Assembly: GCA_965247115.1 (NCBI GenBank)
Contig: CBDFGR010000002.1
Location: 576,001 to 640,000, forward strand
Direction: 5' to 3'
Length of the DNA stretch: 64,000 bases
DNA from: Myxococcota bacterium
GTDB lineage: Bacteria; Myxococcota_A; UBA9160; SZUA-336
Shown here in pieces: positions 18,047-27,199 of this stretch. The position numbers and the translations under genes were made by a program. Positions within the stretch are counted from its first letter, which is position 1. Each line of letters starts with the position of its first letter. Below the pieces are notes generated by a model. That model was not told where the DNA came from. It worked only from the letters and a program-made list of their open reading frames with translations, and made no database searches.

Positions 18047-20419
18047 GTGCACGGCCTGCGCGAGCTACGCGTGATCGATCTCTCGACCGGCATCGCCGGG
18101 GCCTACGCGACCAAGCTGTTCGCCGACGCCTGGGCCGACGTCGTGAAGGTGGAGCCCGCGGGCGGAGATCCGCTGCGGCGCTGGTCCGCCACGCGAGGAG
18201 AGCTTCCGGAGAGCGAGGACGGAGCGCTCTTCCGATTCCTCCACACCTCCAAGCGCTCGGTGGTCGGAACGCCAGCTGCCCCGGAGGTCCTCGAGCTCGT
18301 CGCCGCAGCGGATCTGGTCGTCGAGTCGTTTCCCCCGAGCGCGTCCCCCGCGCGCGATTGGTGTGAGCGCTACCCTGGCCTCGTCGTCCTCTCCATCACG
18401 CCCTTTGGACACGACGGCCCCTACGCCGAGCGTCCGTGGACGGAGTTCACGGTGCAAGCGGAGTGCGGCTCCATCGCGTCGCGCGGGCTCCCCGAGCAGC
18501 CACCGATCATGGCGGGCGCCAAGATCACGGAGTGGGTCGGCGGAACCTTCGCTGCCGTGGCAGCGCTCGCCGCAGTGTCGCGCGCGCGGCGTTCCGGACA
18601 GGGCGAGCACGTGGACTTCTCCCTGCTCGAGGTGATGAACGTGGCCAGCGGGATCTACTCGGACCTGATGAGCAGCCTGGCGGGACGGCCGCTCCCGAAC
18701 GTTCCGGGACGCAGGGTCGAGCTTCCCTCCGTCGAGCCGACGAAGGACGGCTGGGTCGGCTTCGCCACGAACTCGGCCCAGCAGTACCAGGACTTCCTTT
18801 TGCTGATCGAGCGTCTCGACTGGAAAGACGACGCCGAGCTCGCTTCCTCCGTGGGCCGCTGGGCCCGGCGCGAGGAGTGGGACCGTGCAGTCCGAGGCTG
18901 GACCCGAAGCCACACGACGGCGGAGATCGTCGAGAAGGCCTCGCTGCTGCGGATCCCCGTCGCCCCGGTGAACCACGCGGCCAGCGTGCTGGAACACGAG
19001 CAGTTTCGCGCCCGCAACGTGTTCATTTCCAATCCGGGCGGCTTCCTGCAGCCGCGACCGCCATACCTCATGGATGGGGAGGGTCCACGTCCGCTCGAGC
19101 CCTCGCCCGCGCTGGGCGAGCATTCGGGACAGGTCGAAGTGACCAAGAGGAAGCGGCGTGCGCGCGGCACGACACCGTCCGGAGCAGCAAACGCAGCGCT
19201 GCCGCTGGAGGGGATCCGCGTGCTGGACGCCACTGCGTGGTGGGCCGGGCCGTCGGCCACACACATGCTCGCCACCCTGGGCGCCGATGTGATCCACCTG
19301 GAGGCGGCCCAGCATCCCGATGGGATGCGCTTGTATGGCGACCCGTTCATGGCGGATGACTGGTGGGAGTACTCCAGCATTTTCCTCGGCACGAACACGA
19401 ACAAGCGCGGGCTTACGCTGAACCTGGCGGACGCTCGCGGTCTCGAGCTGTGCCGCAAGCTCGTCAGTTGCTGCGATGTCTTCGTGGAGAACTACTCTCC
19501 GCGTGTCGTCGAGCAGTTCGGCCTCGGCTGGGAAGGGGTCCAGACGCTCAACCCGCGCATCATCATGGTGCGCATGGCGGCCTTCGGGCTCTCCAGTCCA
19601 TGGCGCGACTACGTGGCCTTCGCGCAGACGATGGAGCAGATGACGGGTCTGGCGTGGGTCACGGGACACGTCGACGACCAGCCACGCATTCAGCGCGGAC
19701 CCTGCGATCCGCTTGCCGGAATGCACGCCGCCTTCGCAACCCTGGTGGCGCTGGAGGAGCGCGAGCGCACCGGCCGTGGCCAGCTCCTGGAGTGCACCAT
19801 GGTGGAGGGAGCCCTCAACGCCGCGGCCGAACAGATCGTCGAGTACTCCGCGTACGGCATACAGCTCGAGCGCGACGGGAATCGCTGCCAGGAGTGCGCC
19901 CCGCAGGGCGTGTACGCCTGCACGGGCGTCGAGCAGTGGCTGGCGCTCTCGGTAGCAAGCGACGCGCAGTGGCAGGCCCTGGTGCGCGCGCTCGGCCTGC
20001 CCACCTGGGCGATGGACCCTTCCCTCGACACGCGGGCTGGACGGCGCGACTCGCACGACGTCATCGATCGAGAGCTCTCCACGTGGGCGAGCGATCGCGA
20101 CCTCGCGGAGACCGTCGAGATGCTGCTCGCGCACGGCGTTCCAGCGGCGCCCGTCCTGGACGGTCGCGAGATCTATCGACATCCGCAGCTCACGAGCAGG
20201 GGGTTCCTTGAGCCGTTCGACCACCCCGCGGTGGGCCGGCACGTCGTCGCGACCGTGCCGTTTCGCTATGCGACCCGCGACCACTGGCTCCGCTCCCCCG
20301 CTCCAACGCTCGGCCAGCACAACCGAGAAATCCTGAGCCAGCTCCTGGGGCTGAGCGACGCAGAGATCGACGCTCTCGAAGAGGCCGAGGTAATCGGAAC
20401 TCGCCCGACAAATCTGTAA
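18047..20419 (+). CDS. Family III CoA-transferase (CaiB/BaiF), tandem two-domain fusion
   Basis: Two CaiB units: LRVIDL...ADVVKVEP and LEGIRVLD...NTNKRGLTLNL...APTLGQH. Confidence 0.92.
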   Translation: MHGLRELRVIDLSTGIAGAYATKLFADAWADVVKVEPAGGDPLRRWSATRGELPESEDGALFRFLHTSKRSVVGTPAAPEVLELVAAADLVVESFPPSASPARDWCERYPGLVVLSITPFGHDGPYAERPWTEFTVQAECGSIASRGLPEQPPIMAGAKITEWVGGTFAAVAALAAVSRARRSGQGEHVDFSLLEVMNVASGIYSDLMSSLAGRPLPNVPGRRVELPSVEPTKDGWVGFATNSAQQYQDFLLLIERLDWKDDAELASSVGRWARREEWDRAVRGWTRSHTTAEIVEKASLLRIPVAPVNHAASVLEHEQFRARNVFISNPGGFLQPRPPYLMDGEGPRPLEPSPALGEHSGQVEVTKRKRRARGTTPSGAANAALPLEGIRVLDATAWWAGPSATHMLATLGADVIHLEAAQHPDGMRLYGDPFMADDWWEYSSIFLGTNTNKRGLTLNLADARGLELCRKLVSCCDVFVENYSPRVVEQFGLGWEGVQTLNPRIIMVRMAAFGLSSPWRDYVAFAQTMEQMTGLAWVTGHVDDQPRIQRGPCDPLAGMHAAFATLVALEERERTGRGQLLECTMVEGALNAAAEQIVEYSAYGIQLERDGNRCQECAPQGVYACTGVEQWLALSVASDAQWQALVRALGLPTWAMDPSLDTRAGRRDSHDVIDRELSTWASDRDLAETVEMLLAHGVPAAPVLDGREIYRHPQLTSRGFLEPFDHPAVGRHVVATVPFRYATRDHWLRSPAPTLGQHNREILSQLLGLSDAEIDALEEAEVIGTRPTNL

Positions 20420-20442
20420 GTCGTTCAGGACATGGCAATGCC

Positions 20443-20477
20443 AGAGTTCAACTCTCCCCGGGAGAGTTGAACTCTCC
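20443..20477. repeat. Nested palindrome upstream of the HNH gene
   Basis: AGAGTTCAACTCTCC-CCG-GGAGAGTTGAACTCT, a perfect 15-bp inverted repeat whose arms are themselves palindromic. Confidence 0.85.
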
Positions 20478-20716
20478 TGAAAGAAAAGACAGGAAGCCCT
20501 TGACAGGTTTGTCGAGCTCAAACGAATCCGATCACGTGCTTCGCTGTAACTTTGTTCCTAGAGCCATGGACGCTTCTCTACGAGTGGCTATCGCGCATTC
20601 CGTTCTCGAAGTCTCGTGCTCATTCGATCGGTCGGCATAGCTGATCCTCCGACACTGAAATATGTCGTGCTATCGTTCGTACCTCACATCTCCTCGGTCC
20701 CGAACGAGAGGCACGA

Positions 20717-21793
20717 ATGGATTCTCTCAAGACTGTTTCTAATCATAAACTGCTCCGTGGCCTGGACGAACTCGTGGCGATGCGCCGCCAGAACGAGGCA
20801 GACCTGCTCGCGTACCTTGCCGAGGTCGATCAGCGCAAGCTCTATCTGGGAGAGGCCTGCTCGTCCATGCATTGCTACTGCACGGAGGTGCTCCGATTCT
20901 CGGACGCGACTGCCTTTCACAAGATTCGCGCTGCACGGACTGCGCGCGCATATCCCGCCTTGTTCGAGAGAATTCGAAAGGGCGAGATCCACCTGGCGGG
21001 AGTGATTCTGCTCGCGCCCCTACTCACTCCGCAGAACCACGTGGAACTGCTCGACCTGGCGCACCACAAGAGCCGGCGTGCGATCGAGGTGCTTCTCGCC
21101 AATCGCGCTCCAAAACCTGATGTGCCGGCGCGGGTGAGGAAGCTCCCAGAGCCCAGTCCGGCCCCTGTGATCCCGATGCGCTCCGAGACCCGTAGTCCGC
21201 CGCACGAGACTTCGGGCCGCGAAGCGGCCGCCTCACCTCCGATTCGACGCGCATCGAGTCCAGCCCCGAGCCCGCTCGGGGCCAATCGGTTCAAGATCCA
21301 GTTCACGGGCAGCCAGGCGCTCTACGACAAGCTCCGTGAGGCGCAGGCTCTGCTCAGTCACCAGATTCCGGACGGCGATCTCGTGGAGATCTTCGATCGA
21401 GCGCTCACGTTGCTGCTCGAGGATACGAAGCGGAAGAAGTTCGCCCAGACGCCGAGACCCCGAGCTGGGTCGAACCCCTCAAAGCGGACCGGAGCCGCGA
21501 CCCGGCACATCCCGGCGGAGATCAAGCGTGCCGTCTTCGCGCGGGATGGAGGTCATTGTGCCTTCATCGGAGCGAACGGCCGCCGTTGCGGTTCACGCGA
21601 CTTTCTCGAGTTCCATCACCAGGACCCCTGGGCCAAAGCGAAGCGCCACTCGAGCGACCGAATCGAGCTCCGCTGTCGAGGGCACAACCAGTACGCAGCG
21701 GTGCAGGAGTATGGGGCTGCCTGCATGGCGCGATTCGCGAGGCAAAGACCACTCTCCAAGGGAGAGTGCAACGTAAAGCATCGGCAGGAATGA
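20717..21793 (+). CDS. DUF222-like N-domain plus C-terminal HNH endonuclease
   Basis: N-terminal LAEVDQRKLY...SSM..YC..VL.FS; Pro-rich linker; RHIPAEIKRAVFARDGGHC...RC...LEFHH...LRCRGHN. Confidence 0.85.
   Translation: MDSLKTVSNHKLLRGLDELVAMRRQNEADLLAYLAEVDQRKLYLGEACSSMHCYCTEVLRFSDATAFHKIRAARTARAYPALFERIRKGEIHLAGVILLAPLLTPQNHVELLDLAHHKSRRAIEVLLANRAPKPDVPARVRKLPEPSPAPVIPMRSETRSPPHETSGREAAASPPIRRASSPAPSPLGANRFKIQFTGSQALYDKLREAQALLSHQIPDGDLVEIFDRALTLLLEDTKRKKFAQTPRPRAGSNPSKRTGAATRHIPAEIKRAVFARDGGHCAFIGANGRRCGSRDFLEFHHQDPWAKAKRHSSDRIELRCRGHNQYAAVQEYGAACMARFARQRPLSKGECNVKHRQE
21750..21768. repeat. Second copy of the ACTCTCC-N3-GGAGAGT palindrome at the HNH 3' end
   Basis: CACTCTCC-AAG-GGAGAGTG; same core as 20451-20467. 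Confidence 0.75.
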
Positions 21794-21882
21794 GCAATGT
21801 AGACTTCGGACCGGGGACGCCAGGACCCAGGTTGACCTAGTCCGGCGCGGGATTCAGACTTGGGAACTTGAAGGAGGGGAGT

Positions 21883-22425
21883 ATGCCCGACAGCAAGGCC
21901 TCAACCCCGATTGGGGTGAATCATCTGGTCCTGAACGTGCGCGATATGGAGGCGTCTCATCGCTTCTACACCGAAGTGCTCGGTTACGAGCAGGTCGGGG
22001 AGCTCGGCGACGTCTTGCCCATGACCATGCGCTTCTACTCGACGCACGGGAAGCACCACGACGTTGCGCTCGTCGAGCAGGACAAGCCCGATCCACCGGA
22101 CTCAGACTGGAGCATGGGCGTTCCCAACGGGCGGCGGATCAATCACTTCGCCATCGCGTATCCGGATCGGGATTCCTTCCTGAACCAGCTGCGGCATATG
22201 CAGGAGTGCGGCGTTGATTTCAAGGTGCGTGGCGACCACGGGATGACGCACAGCGTGTACATCAACGACCCCGACGGGAATGGCATCGAGGTGCTCTACG
22301 AGCTGCCTCGCGAGTTGTGGGAGGGCGACGTGAACGCTGCCCTCAACTACTTCAAGCCGCTGCCCGTCGAAGGTCCCGAATCGCTCGAAGACACCACGGA
22401 CTACGTCAAGTTCGGAGAGAGCTGA
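21883..22425 (+). CDS. VOC/glyoxalase family protein (single domain, extradiol-dioxygenase-like)
   Basis: NHLVL, HHDVAL, NHFAI, DHGMTHSVYINDPDGNGIE; AAGGAGG RBS. Confidence 0.88.
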   Translation: MPDSKASTPIGVNHLVLNVRDMEASHRFYTEVLGYEQVGELGDVLPMTMRFYSTHGKHHDVALVEQDKPDPPDSDWSMGVPNGRRINHFAIAYPDRDSFLNQLRHMQECGVDFKVRGDHGMTHSVYINDPDGNGIEVLYELPRELWEGDVNAALNYFKPLPVEGPESLEDTTDYVKFGES

Positions 22426-22441
22426 GAGCGGGCTGACGATC

Positions 22442-24595
22442 GTGAGCAACGGGCGACCACTCTCGGCGAGCCTCGCGAGCAATCCGGATCTGGACACCTG
22501 GATCCGCATCGAGCGCGACGGGACTGTGATCGTGTCGACCGGAAAGGTGGAGATCGGGCAGGGGATCAAGAGCGCGGTCGCGCGGATTGCGGCGGAGGAG
22601 CTCGACGTGCGCCTCGACCAGGTGAAGGTGCACGGGGCGGATACCGGCGAGGGTCCGGACGAAGGAATGACCGCCGGGAGCACATCGATGGAGGTGGGCG
22701 GCGATGCCATGCGGATCGCTGCGGCGGAGGCCCGGCAGGTCATGCTGGAGGCCGCCGCCCAGCGGCTGGGCGCTCCGCTCTCCCAGCTCCAGGTCGATGG
22801 CGGCGTCGTGCGCGCGCGAGGGTCCTCGCGCTCGGTCAGCTACGGCGAGCTCCAGGGCGGACGCCCCTTCGACCGCAAGATCACGGGCGAGGCGACGCCG
22901 AAGGCGCCCGAGACCTACCGCATCGTCGGCAAGCCCGCGCCGCGGATCGACATGCGCGCAAAGCTCACGGGCGGTGCGTTCGTTCAGGACCTGCGGCTGC
23001 CGGACATGCTGTTCGGGCGCGTCGCGCGGCCCCCCGGCTACGGGGCGCGCCTGCTGAGCGTGGACCTGGCTGCCGTGCGGGCCTTGCCGGGGGTCGTGGA
23101 GGTGGTGCGCGACGGTCAGTACCTGGGAGTGATTGCCGAGCGCGAGGAGCAGGCCGTCCGGGCGCGCGAGCTGCTGCGCGACACCGCGGAGTGGAGCTCG
23201 CCGGATCCGCTTCCGGCAGACCGCGACCTGGTCGAGTGGCTGCTCGAGCAGCCCCGGGAGAGCTACCCCGTGATCGACGGGGCGGCGCAGGAAGGGGCGG
23301 TCGAGCCGTACGTCGAGCCCCCGAACGCGCGCGTCACCCTCCACGAGCGATACGCGCGCCCGTTCATCATGCACGCCAGCATGGGGCCCTCCGCCGCTGC
23401 CGCACAGCTGCGGGACGGCCAGCTGACCCTATGGACCTCCGCTCAGGCGATCACCTGGTTCCGCGAGGCGGTCTCCACGGTCCTGGACCTGCCCCCCGAG
23501 TCCATTCGCGTGATCCATTCGGATGGCGCCGGCTGCTACGGACACAACGGCGCCGACGATGCCGCGCTCGACGCGGCGCTGCTGGCGCGCGCAGTGCCCG
23601 GCAGACCCGTTCACCTGCAGCTGATGCGGGAGGACGAGCACTGCTGGGAGCCGTACGGTCCGGCGATGGTGGTCGACGTGCGGGCGAGCCTGGACGCGAC
23701 CGGTCGCGTGATCGACTGGAGCCACGACGCCTACAGCCCGACCCACATCGGGCGGCCGTGGCCGGGCGAGCCGGACTGCAGACTCCTCGGGGCCTGGCAC
23801 CTGGACCCGCCGTTCGAGCGCCTCGCAGCTCCGGCCCGGCTCGGACCGGAGATCGGCGTCCACCGCAACGCGAACCCGGGGTACGCGTTTCCCCGGAAGC
23901 GGATCACGAAGAACCTGGTCCGGACGCAGGCGTTCCGCACCTCGGCCCTGCGCGGGCTCGGGGCCTACGCGAACGTGTTTGCAATCGAGTCGTTCATGGA
24001 TGAGCTCGCGTACGCCGCCGCCGCGGATCCCCTCGCCTTCCGCCTGGCCCATCTCGAAGATCCTCGCGCCCGCGCGGTGCTGGAGGCCGCGGCCGAGGCG
24101 ATCGGCTGGCCCGGACCCAGTGAGGATGGCCGCGGTGTCGGGATCGCGTACGCGCGCTACGCCGGGGCCAAGGGCTACGCGGCCGTCGGCGTGGAGCTCG
24201 GGGTCGAGGCATCCGGCGCCATCCACCTGGAGCGTGCCGTGGTGGCTGGAGACGTGGGACAGGTCATCGATCCGCAGGGAGTCGCCGCCCAGCTCGAGGG
24301 CGGCTTCGTTCAGGCGGCGAGCTGGACGCTGCTCGAGGAAGTGCGCTTCGACGCGACCAGGATCCGGAGCGTCGACTGGGAGACCTATCCCATCCTCGGC
24401 TTTGCCGAGGTGCCGGAAGTAGAGAGCGTGCTCATCGACCGGCCCGGCGCTCCGACGCTGGGCGCTGGAGAGGCGAGCACGGGTCCGACGCCAGCGGCCA
24501 TCGCGAACGCCGTGTTCCGCGCGACCGGACGTCGTCTGCGGCGCACTCCCTTCACGCCCGAGCGCGTCGCCGCTACCGAGCCGAGCCGCGACTAG
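22442..24595 (+). CDS. Molybdopterin-binding subunit, xanthine oxidase family (isoquinoline oxidoreductase beta / nicotinate dehydrogenase-like)
   Basis: GKVEIGQG, TAGSTS, GAGCYGHNG, ALRGLG, QLEGG, GAGE, AAIANAV...GRRLR. Confidence 0.9.
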   Translation: MSNGRPLSASLASNPDLDTWIRIERDGTVIVSTGKVEIGQGIKSAVARIAAEELDVRLDQVKVHGADTGEGPDEGMTAGSTSMEVGGDAMRIAAAEARQVMLEAAAQRLGAPLSQLQVDGGVVRARGSSRSVSYGELQGGRPFDRKITGEATPKAPETYRIVGKPAPRIDMRAKLTGGAFVQDLRLPDMLFGRVARPPGYGARLLSVDLAAVRALPGVVEVVRDGQYLGVIAEREEQAVRARELLRDTAEWSSPDPLPADRDLVEWLLEQPRESYPVIDGAAQEGAVEPYVEPPNARVTLHERYARPFIMHASMGPSAAAAQLRDGQLTLWTSAQAITWFREAVSTVLDLPPESIRVIHSDGAGCYGHNGADDAALDAALLARAVPGRPVHLQLMREDEHCWEPYGPAMVVDVRASLDATGRVIDWSHDAYSPTHIGRPWPGEPDCRLLGAWHLDPPFERLAAPARLGPEIGVHRNANPGYAFPRKRITKNLVRTQAFRTSALRGLGAYANVFAIESFMDELAYAAAADPLAFRLAHLEDPRARAVLEAAAEAIGWPGPSEDGRGVGIAYARYAGAKGYAAVGVELGVEASGAIHLERAVVAGDVGQVIDPQGVAAQLEGGFVQAASWTLLEEVRFDATRIRSVDWETYPILGFAEVPEVESVLIDRPGAPTLGAGEASTGPTPAAIANAVFRATGRRLRRTPFTPERVAATEPSRD

Positions 24596-25809
24596 AAGTG
24601 ATCGGGACAGTGCGGGGCGTGCCGCGTCCCGAACAGCGCGTCCGCGCGCCGAATGCCGTCGTCGGAGCCCGAGATCAGCCCCCAGGCGGCGAGCTCTCTG
24701 GCCGTGCGAAACCCCGTGTACAGCGACGCCAGGCTCTTGACCGACATCTGCACGTCCGCCGGACCCGATGAGCGCGAGACCTCCGCCCCTTGCGGCGACG
24801 CCGCCACGCGATACGTACCGCCGTTCCAGGGCGCCAGGTCGTCCTTGTCGATCTCGATCGAGAGCTCGCCCGCCTCGTCGTAGCCTCGAGCCTCGAGCGC
24901 CGTCGCAGCGTCGACGATCCGAAGCCAGATGCCCTCGTGATCGCGTGTATTCAGCAGTCGCGGCTCCAGAAAGAGCTCGGGAGCCGGATCGTCGAGCGGC
25001 GCCGAACGCCAGAGCACGCGGCCGACCAGGTCGTGACGGGCGAGGAAGCTCCAGAGGCTCCGGTACGCATCGAGCGTGAGCCACACGAGATCGCGGACGA
25101 CGATCTCCTCGTCGCGGGACGGGTGATCCCGCTTCCCGGCGCGCAGGGTGTAGATGACGTAGCCCTGTCCCTCGCCCGACGCATCAGAGCAGATCCCGAC
25201 GTGGATCGGGCCATCAGCCGCGACCTCCTTCAAGGCATTGTTGAGCCAGAGGGGCCTCGCACGATGCAGGTAACAGCTCCTGTCCGAGATGTATTCGATG
25301 TAGAGCTGCTTCGCGATTCCGTAGCCCGCGTCCACGTCGAGCCGCTCGACCGTTGCGGAGCCAGGATCTCCATCGTGAAAACCGATGTCCACGGTATCGA
25401 CCGAGTACGTTCGCTGAACGGTCGTCATCGCGTAGCCGTAGCGCTGATAGATCGCGGCCTGAGAGGCCCAGAGGGCCGCAACCGCCTGGCCGCGCTCTCG
25501 CATGTCCGCAAAAGCCTGCGTGGTGAGCCGGCGGACGAGACCCTTGCGGCGGTACTCTGGCAGGGTCCCGACGGTTGACACGCCGGCGAGAGGCATCGCC
25601 CTGCCGTTCGCCCGCATGGTGAACGGGATCGCGGAGGTGCTGGAGACCATGCGGGGGCCGTCGAACGCACACAGCGTCCACTCAGCCCGGTTGGCCGTAG
25701 CGGCGAAGCTGTCGGGACCGTCGCCGAAGGTCCCGCCGTAGTTGTAGCCGCACAGCTCGCCCAGCTGGCCCATCTCGTCTTGCGTGGCGGGTCGGATCTC
25801 GAAGCCCAT
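24592..25809 (-). CDS. Eis-like GNAT acetyltransferase
   Basis: VGTLPEYRRKG, LWASQAAIYQRYGY, C-terminal SCP2-like LASLYTG, ends ...DHF. Confidence 0.9.
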   Translation of the reverse strand: MGFEIRPATQDEMGQLGELCGYNYGGTFGDGPDSFAATANRAEWTLCAFDGPRMVSSTSAIPFTMRANGRAMPLAGVSTVGTLPEYRRKGLVRRLTTQAFADMRERGQAVAALWASQAAIYQRYGYAMTTVQRTYSVDTVDIGFHDGDPGSATVERLDVDAGYGIAKQLYIEYISDRSCYLHRARPLWLNNALKEVAADGPIHVGICSDASGEGQGYVIYTLRAGKRDHPSRDEEIVVRDLVWLTLDAYRSLWSFLARHDLVGRVLWRSAPLDDPAPELFLEPRLLNTRDHEGIWLRIVDAATALEARGYDEAGELSIEIDKDDLAPWNGGTYRVAASPQGAEVSRSSGPADVQMSVKSLASLYTGFRTARELAAWGLISGSDDGIRRADALFGTRHAPHCPDHF

Positions 25810-25842
25810 CGCGTCTCTCCGCTGATTCTACCTATCCCCGCC

Positions 25843-26721
25843 TCAGGCACTCAAGCGCACGTTCGTAGACTCCGCGACCAGATCGTCGGCGGCGCCCTCC
25901 CACATGACCGGGCGCTCGCCGCGGACGGTGATCCGGTGGCCGCTGCGCTCGGCCGGCCAGTAGTCCCAGATGGCGTGATGCAGCACGCAGCGGTTGTCCC
26001 ACACGGCAATCGCGTTCTCCGTCCACTGGAAGCGGCACTGGAAGGCGACCTGCTCCACGTGGTCGAGCAAGAAGTCCAGCAGCGCCTTCGCCTCGAGACG
26101 CGGAAGACCGTTCAGGTGCTCCGTGAACTCCCTGTTCACGTAGAGCCCCGGCCTGCCGCTTTCGGGATGGAGCCGCACGACGGGATGATCTGCCTCCGGC
26201 CACGATCCGGCAGAGTCCTTCGCCTCGAACTTGAAGAGCTTGCGGTAGGGACCCTCTCCCGAGTGGTGCGCCGTCAGGCCTCGCAGCAGGCCCCTCATCT
26301 GCGGCGAGAGCGCAGCGTATGCCGCATACATGCTCGCAAACAGCGTGTCCCCACCGTTCGCTGGCACCTGGTGGAGCTGCAGGATGGTGGCGTATGGCGG
26401 CTCCTCGTCGCATGACACATCGGAGTGCCAGCGGTTGCCCGCCGCCACACGCGTCTCCTCTGTGGTCCGCATCTTCATCAAGCCCGGGTACTCCGCGTCG
26501 TGCCCGCGTGCGGCAGGGTGCACGTGGACGGGCCCGAAGCGCTTCGCGAACGCGATCTGCTGAGCGGGACTGAGTGCCGGCTGATCGCGAAAGAAGATCA
26601 CCGAGTGCGCGACGAACGCGCGCCGGATTTCCTCGAACTCCTCATCGGACAGATCGATGAGGTCGGCACCGATGATCTCGCCCCCGATCGTGGGCGTCAG
26701 GGCTCTGGTCTCCAGCGGCAC
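25843..26721 (-). CDS. TauD/TfdA family 2-oxoglutarate dioxygenase
   Basis: WHSD, GGDTLF, HPVVRLHPESG, WDNRCVLH. Confidence 0.93.
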   Translation of the reverse strand: MPLETRALTPTIGGEIIGADLIDLSDEEFEEIRRAFVAHSVIFFRDQPALSPAQQIAFAKRFGPVHVHPAARGHDAEYPGLMKMRTTEETRVAAGNRWHSDVSCDEEPPYATILQLHQVPANGGDTLFASMYAAYAALSPQMRGLLRGLTAHHSGEGPYRKLFKFEAKDSAGSWPEADHPVVRLHPESGRPGLYVNREFTEHLNGLPRLEAKALLDFLLDHVEQVAFQCRFQWTENAIAVWDNRCVLHHAIWDYWPAERSGHRITVRGERPVMWEGAADDLVAESTNVRLSA

Positions 26722-26811
26722 ATCCTATTTATCCACGATCTGGCGCTGAAGAACAAGACGGTGCTCGCTCAGGAGGCATGGTCCAGCTCCGCCCTCATCC
26801 GGCCTCACCAC

Positions 26812-27111
26812 TCAGTCGCCGCCACCGAGAACAACCCTCAGGAGCCGTCGTGACGGGATGCCCGAGGACCCGTACATCCGACGGCCCAGGGCGTACTCAG
26901 TCTGCGCGTCAGCGCCCGGTTCAATGTCAGCGCCGTCCACTCGGATTGACGGCGCGCCGACGAAGCGATGCCGCTCGGCTTCCCGCTGGTCGCGAACGTC
27001 TGTCTCCTCGACCTCTGCGTCGAGGCCGAGTTCGGACAAGGTCGTGTCGATCAGCTCGCGCGTCGGTCGGTGGTGCGGACACCCGTCAAAGTACAGGAGT
27101 TCGATCTTCAC
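26812..27111 (-). CDS. Small thioredoxin-fold protein of the type found near mer genes (DUF2703-like)
   Basis: GTG 27111: MKIELLYFDGCPH...FVGAPSIRVDGAD...YALGRRMY. Confidence 0.75.
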   Translation of the reverse strand: MKIELLYFDGCPHHRPTRELIDTTLSELGLDAEVEETDVRDQREAERHRFVGAPSIRVDGADIEPGADAQTEYALGRRMYGSSGIPSRRLLRVVLGGGD

Positions 27112-27194
27112 GGTCTGGTGCTGTGCTCCGGCTCCGCAGTGTGACCCAGCTCGTCCCCCTCCCACTCCTCTTCCCAACCAAATGCTTTGCTCAT
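27108..27194 (-). CDS. 28-aa acidic mini-ORF (leader or remnant) coupled to the thioredoxin-fold gene
   Basis: AGGAGG RBS 27203-27208, ATG 27194, MSKAFGWEEEWEGDELGHTAEPEHSTRP; stop overlaps the next start (GTGA). Confidence 0.5.
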   Translation of the reverse strand: MSKAFGWEEEWEGDELGHTAEPEHSTRP

Positions 27195-27199
27195 GTCGC

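Noticed and set aside
18065..20521. Long antisense ORFs (also 34955..36739, 23429..25084, 16573..17982 and others)
   Set aside because: Shadow frames of GC-rich genes with no recognisable motifs.
20717..21793. RNA-guided nuclease (IscB/Cas9/TnpB-like)
   Set aside because: No RuvC or PLMP motifs and no array; the N-terminus is DUF222-like.
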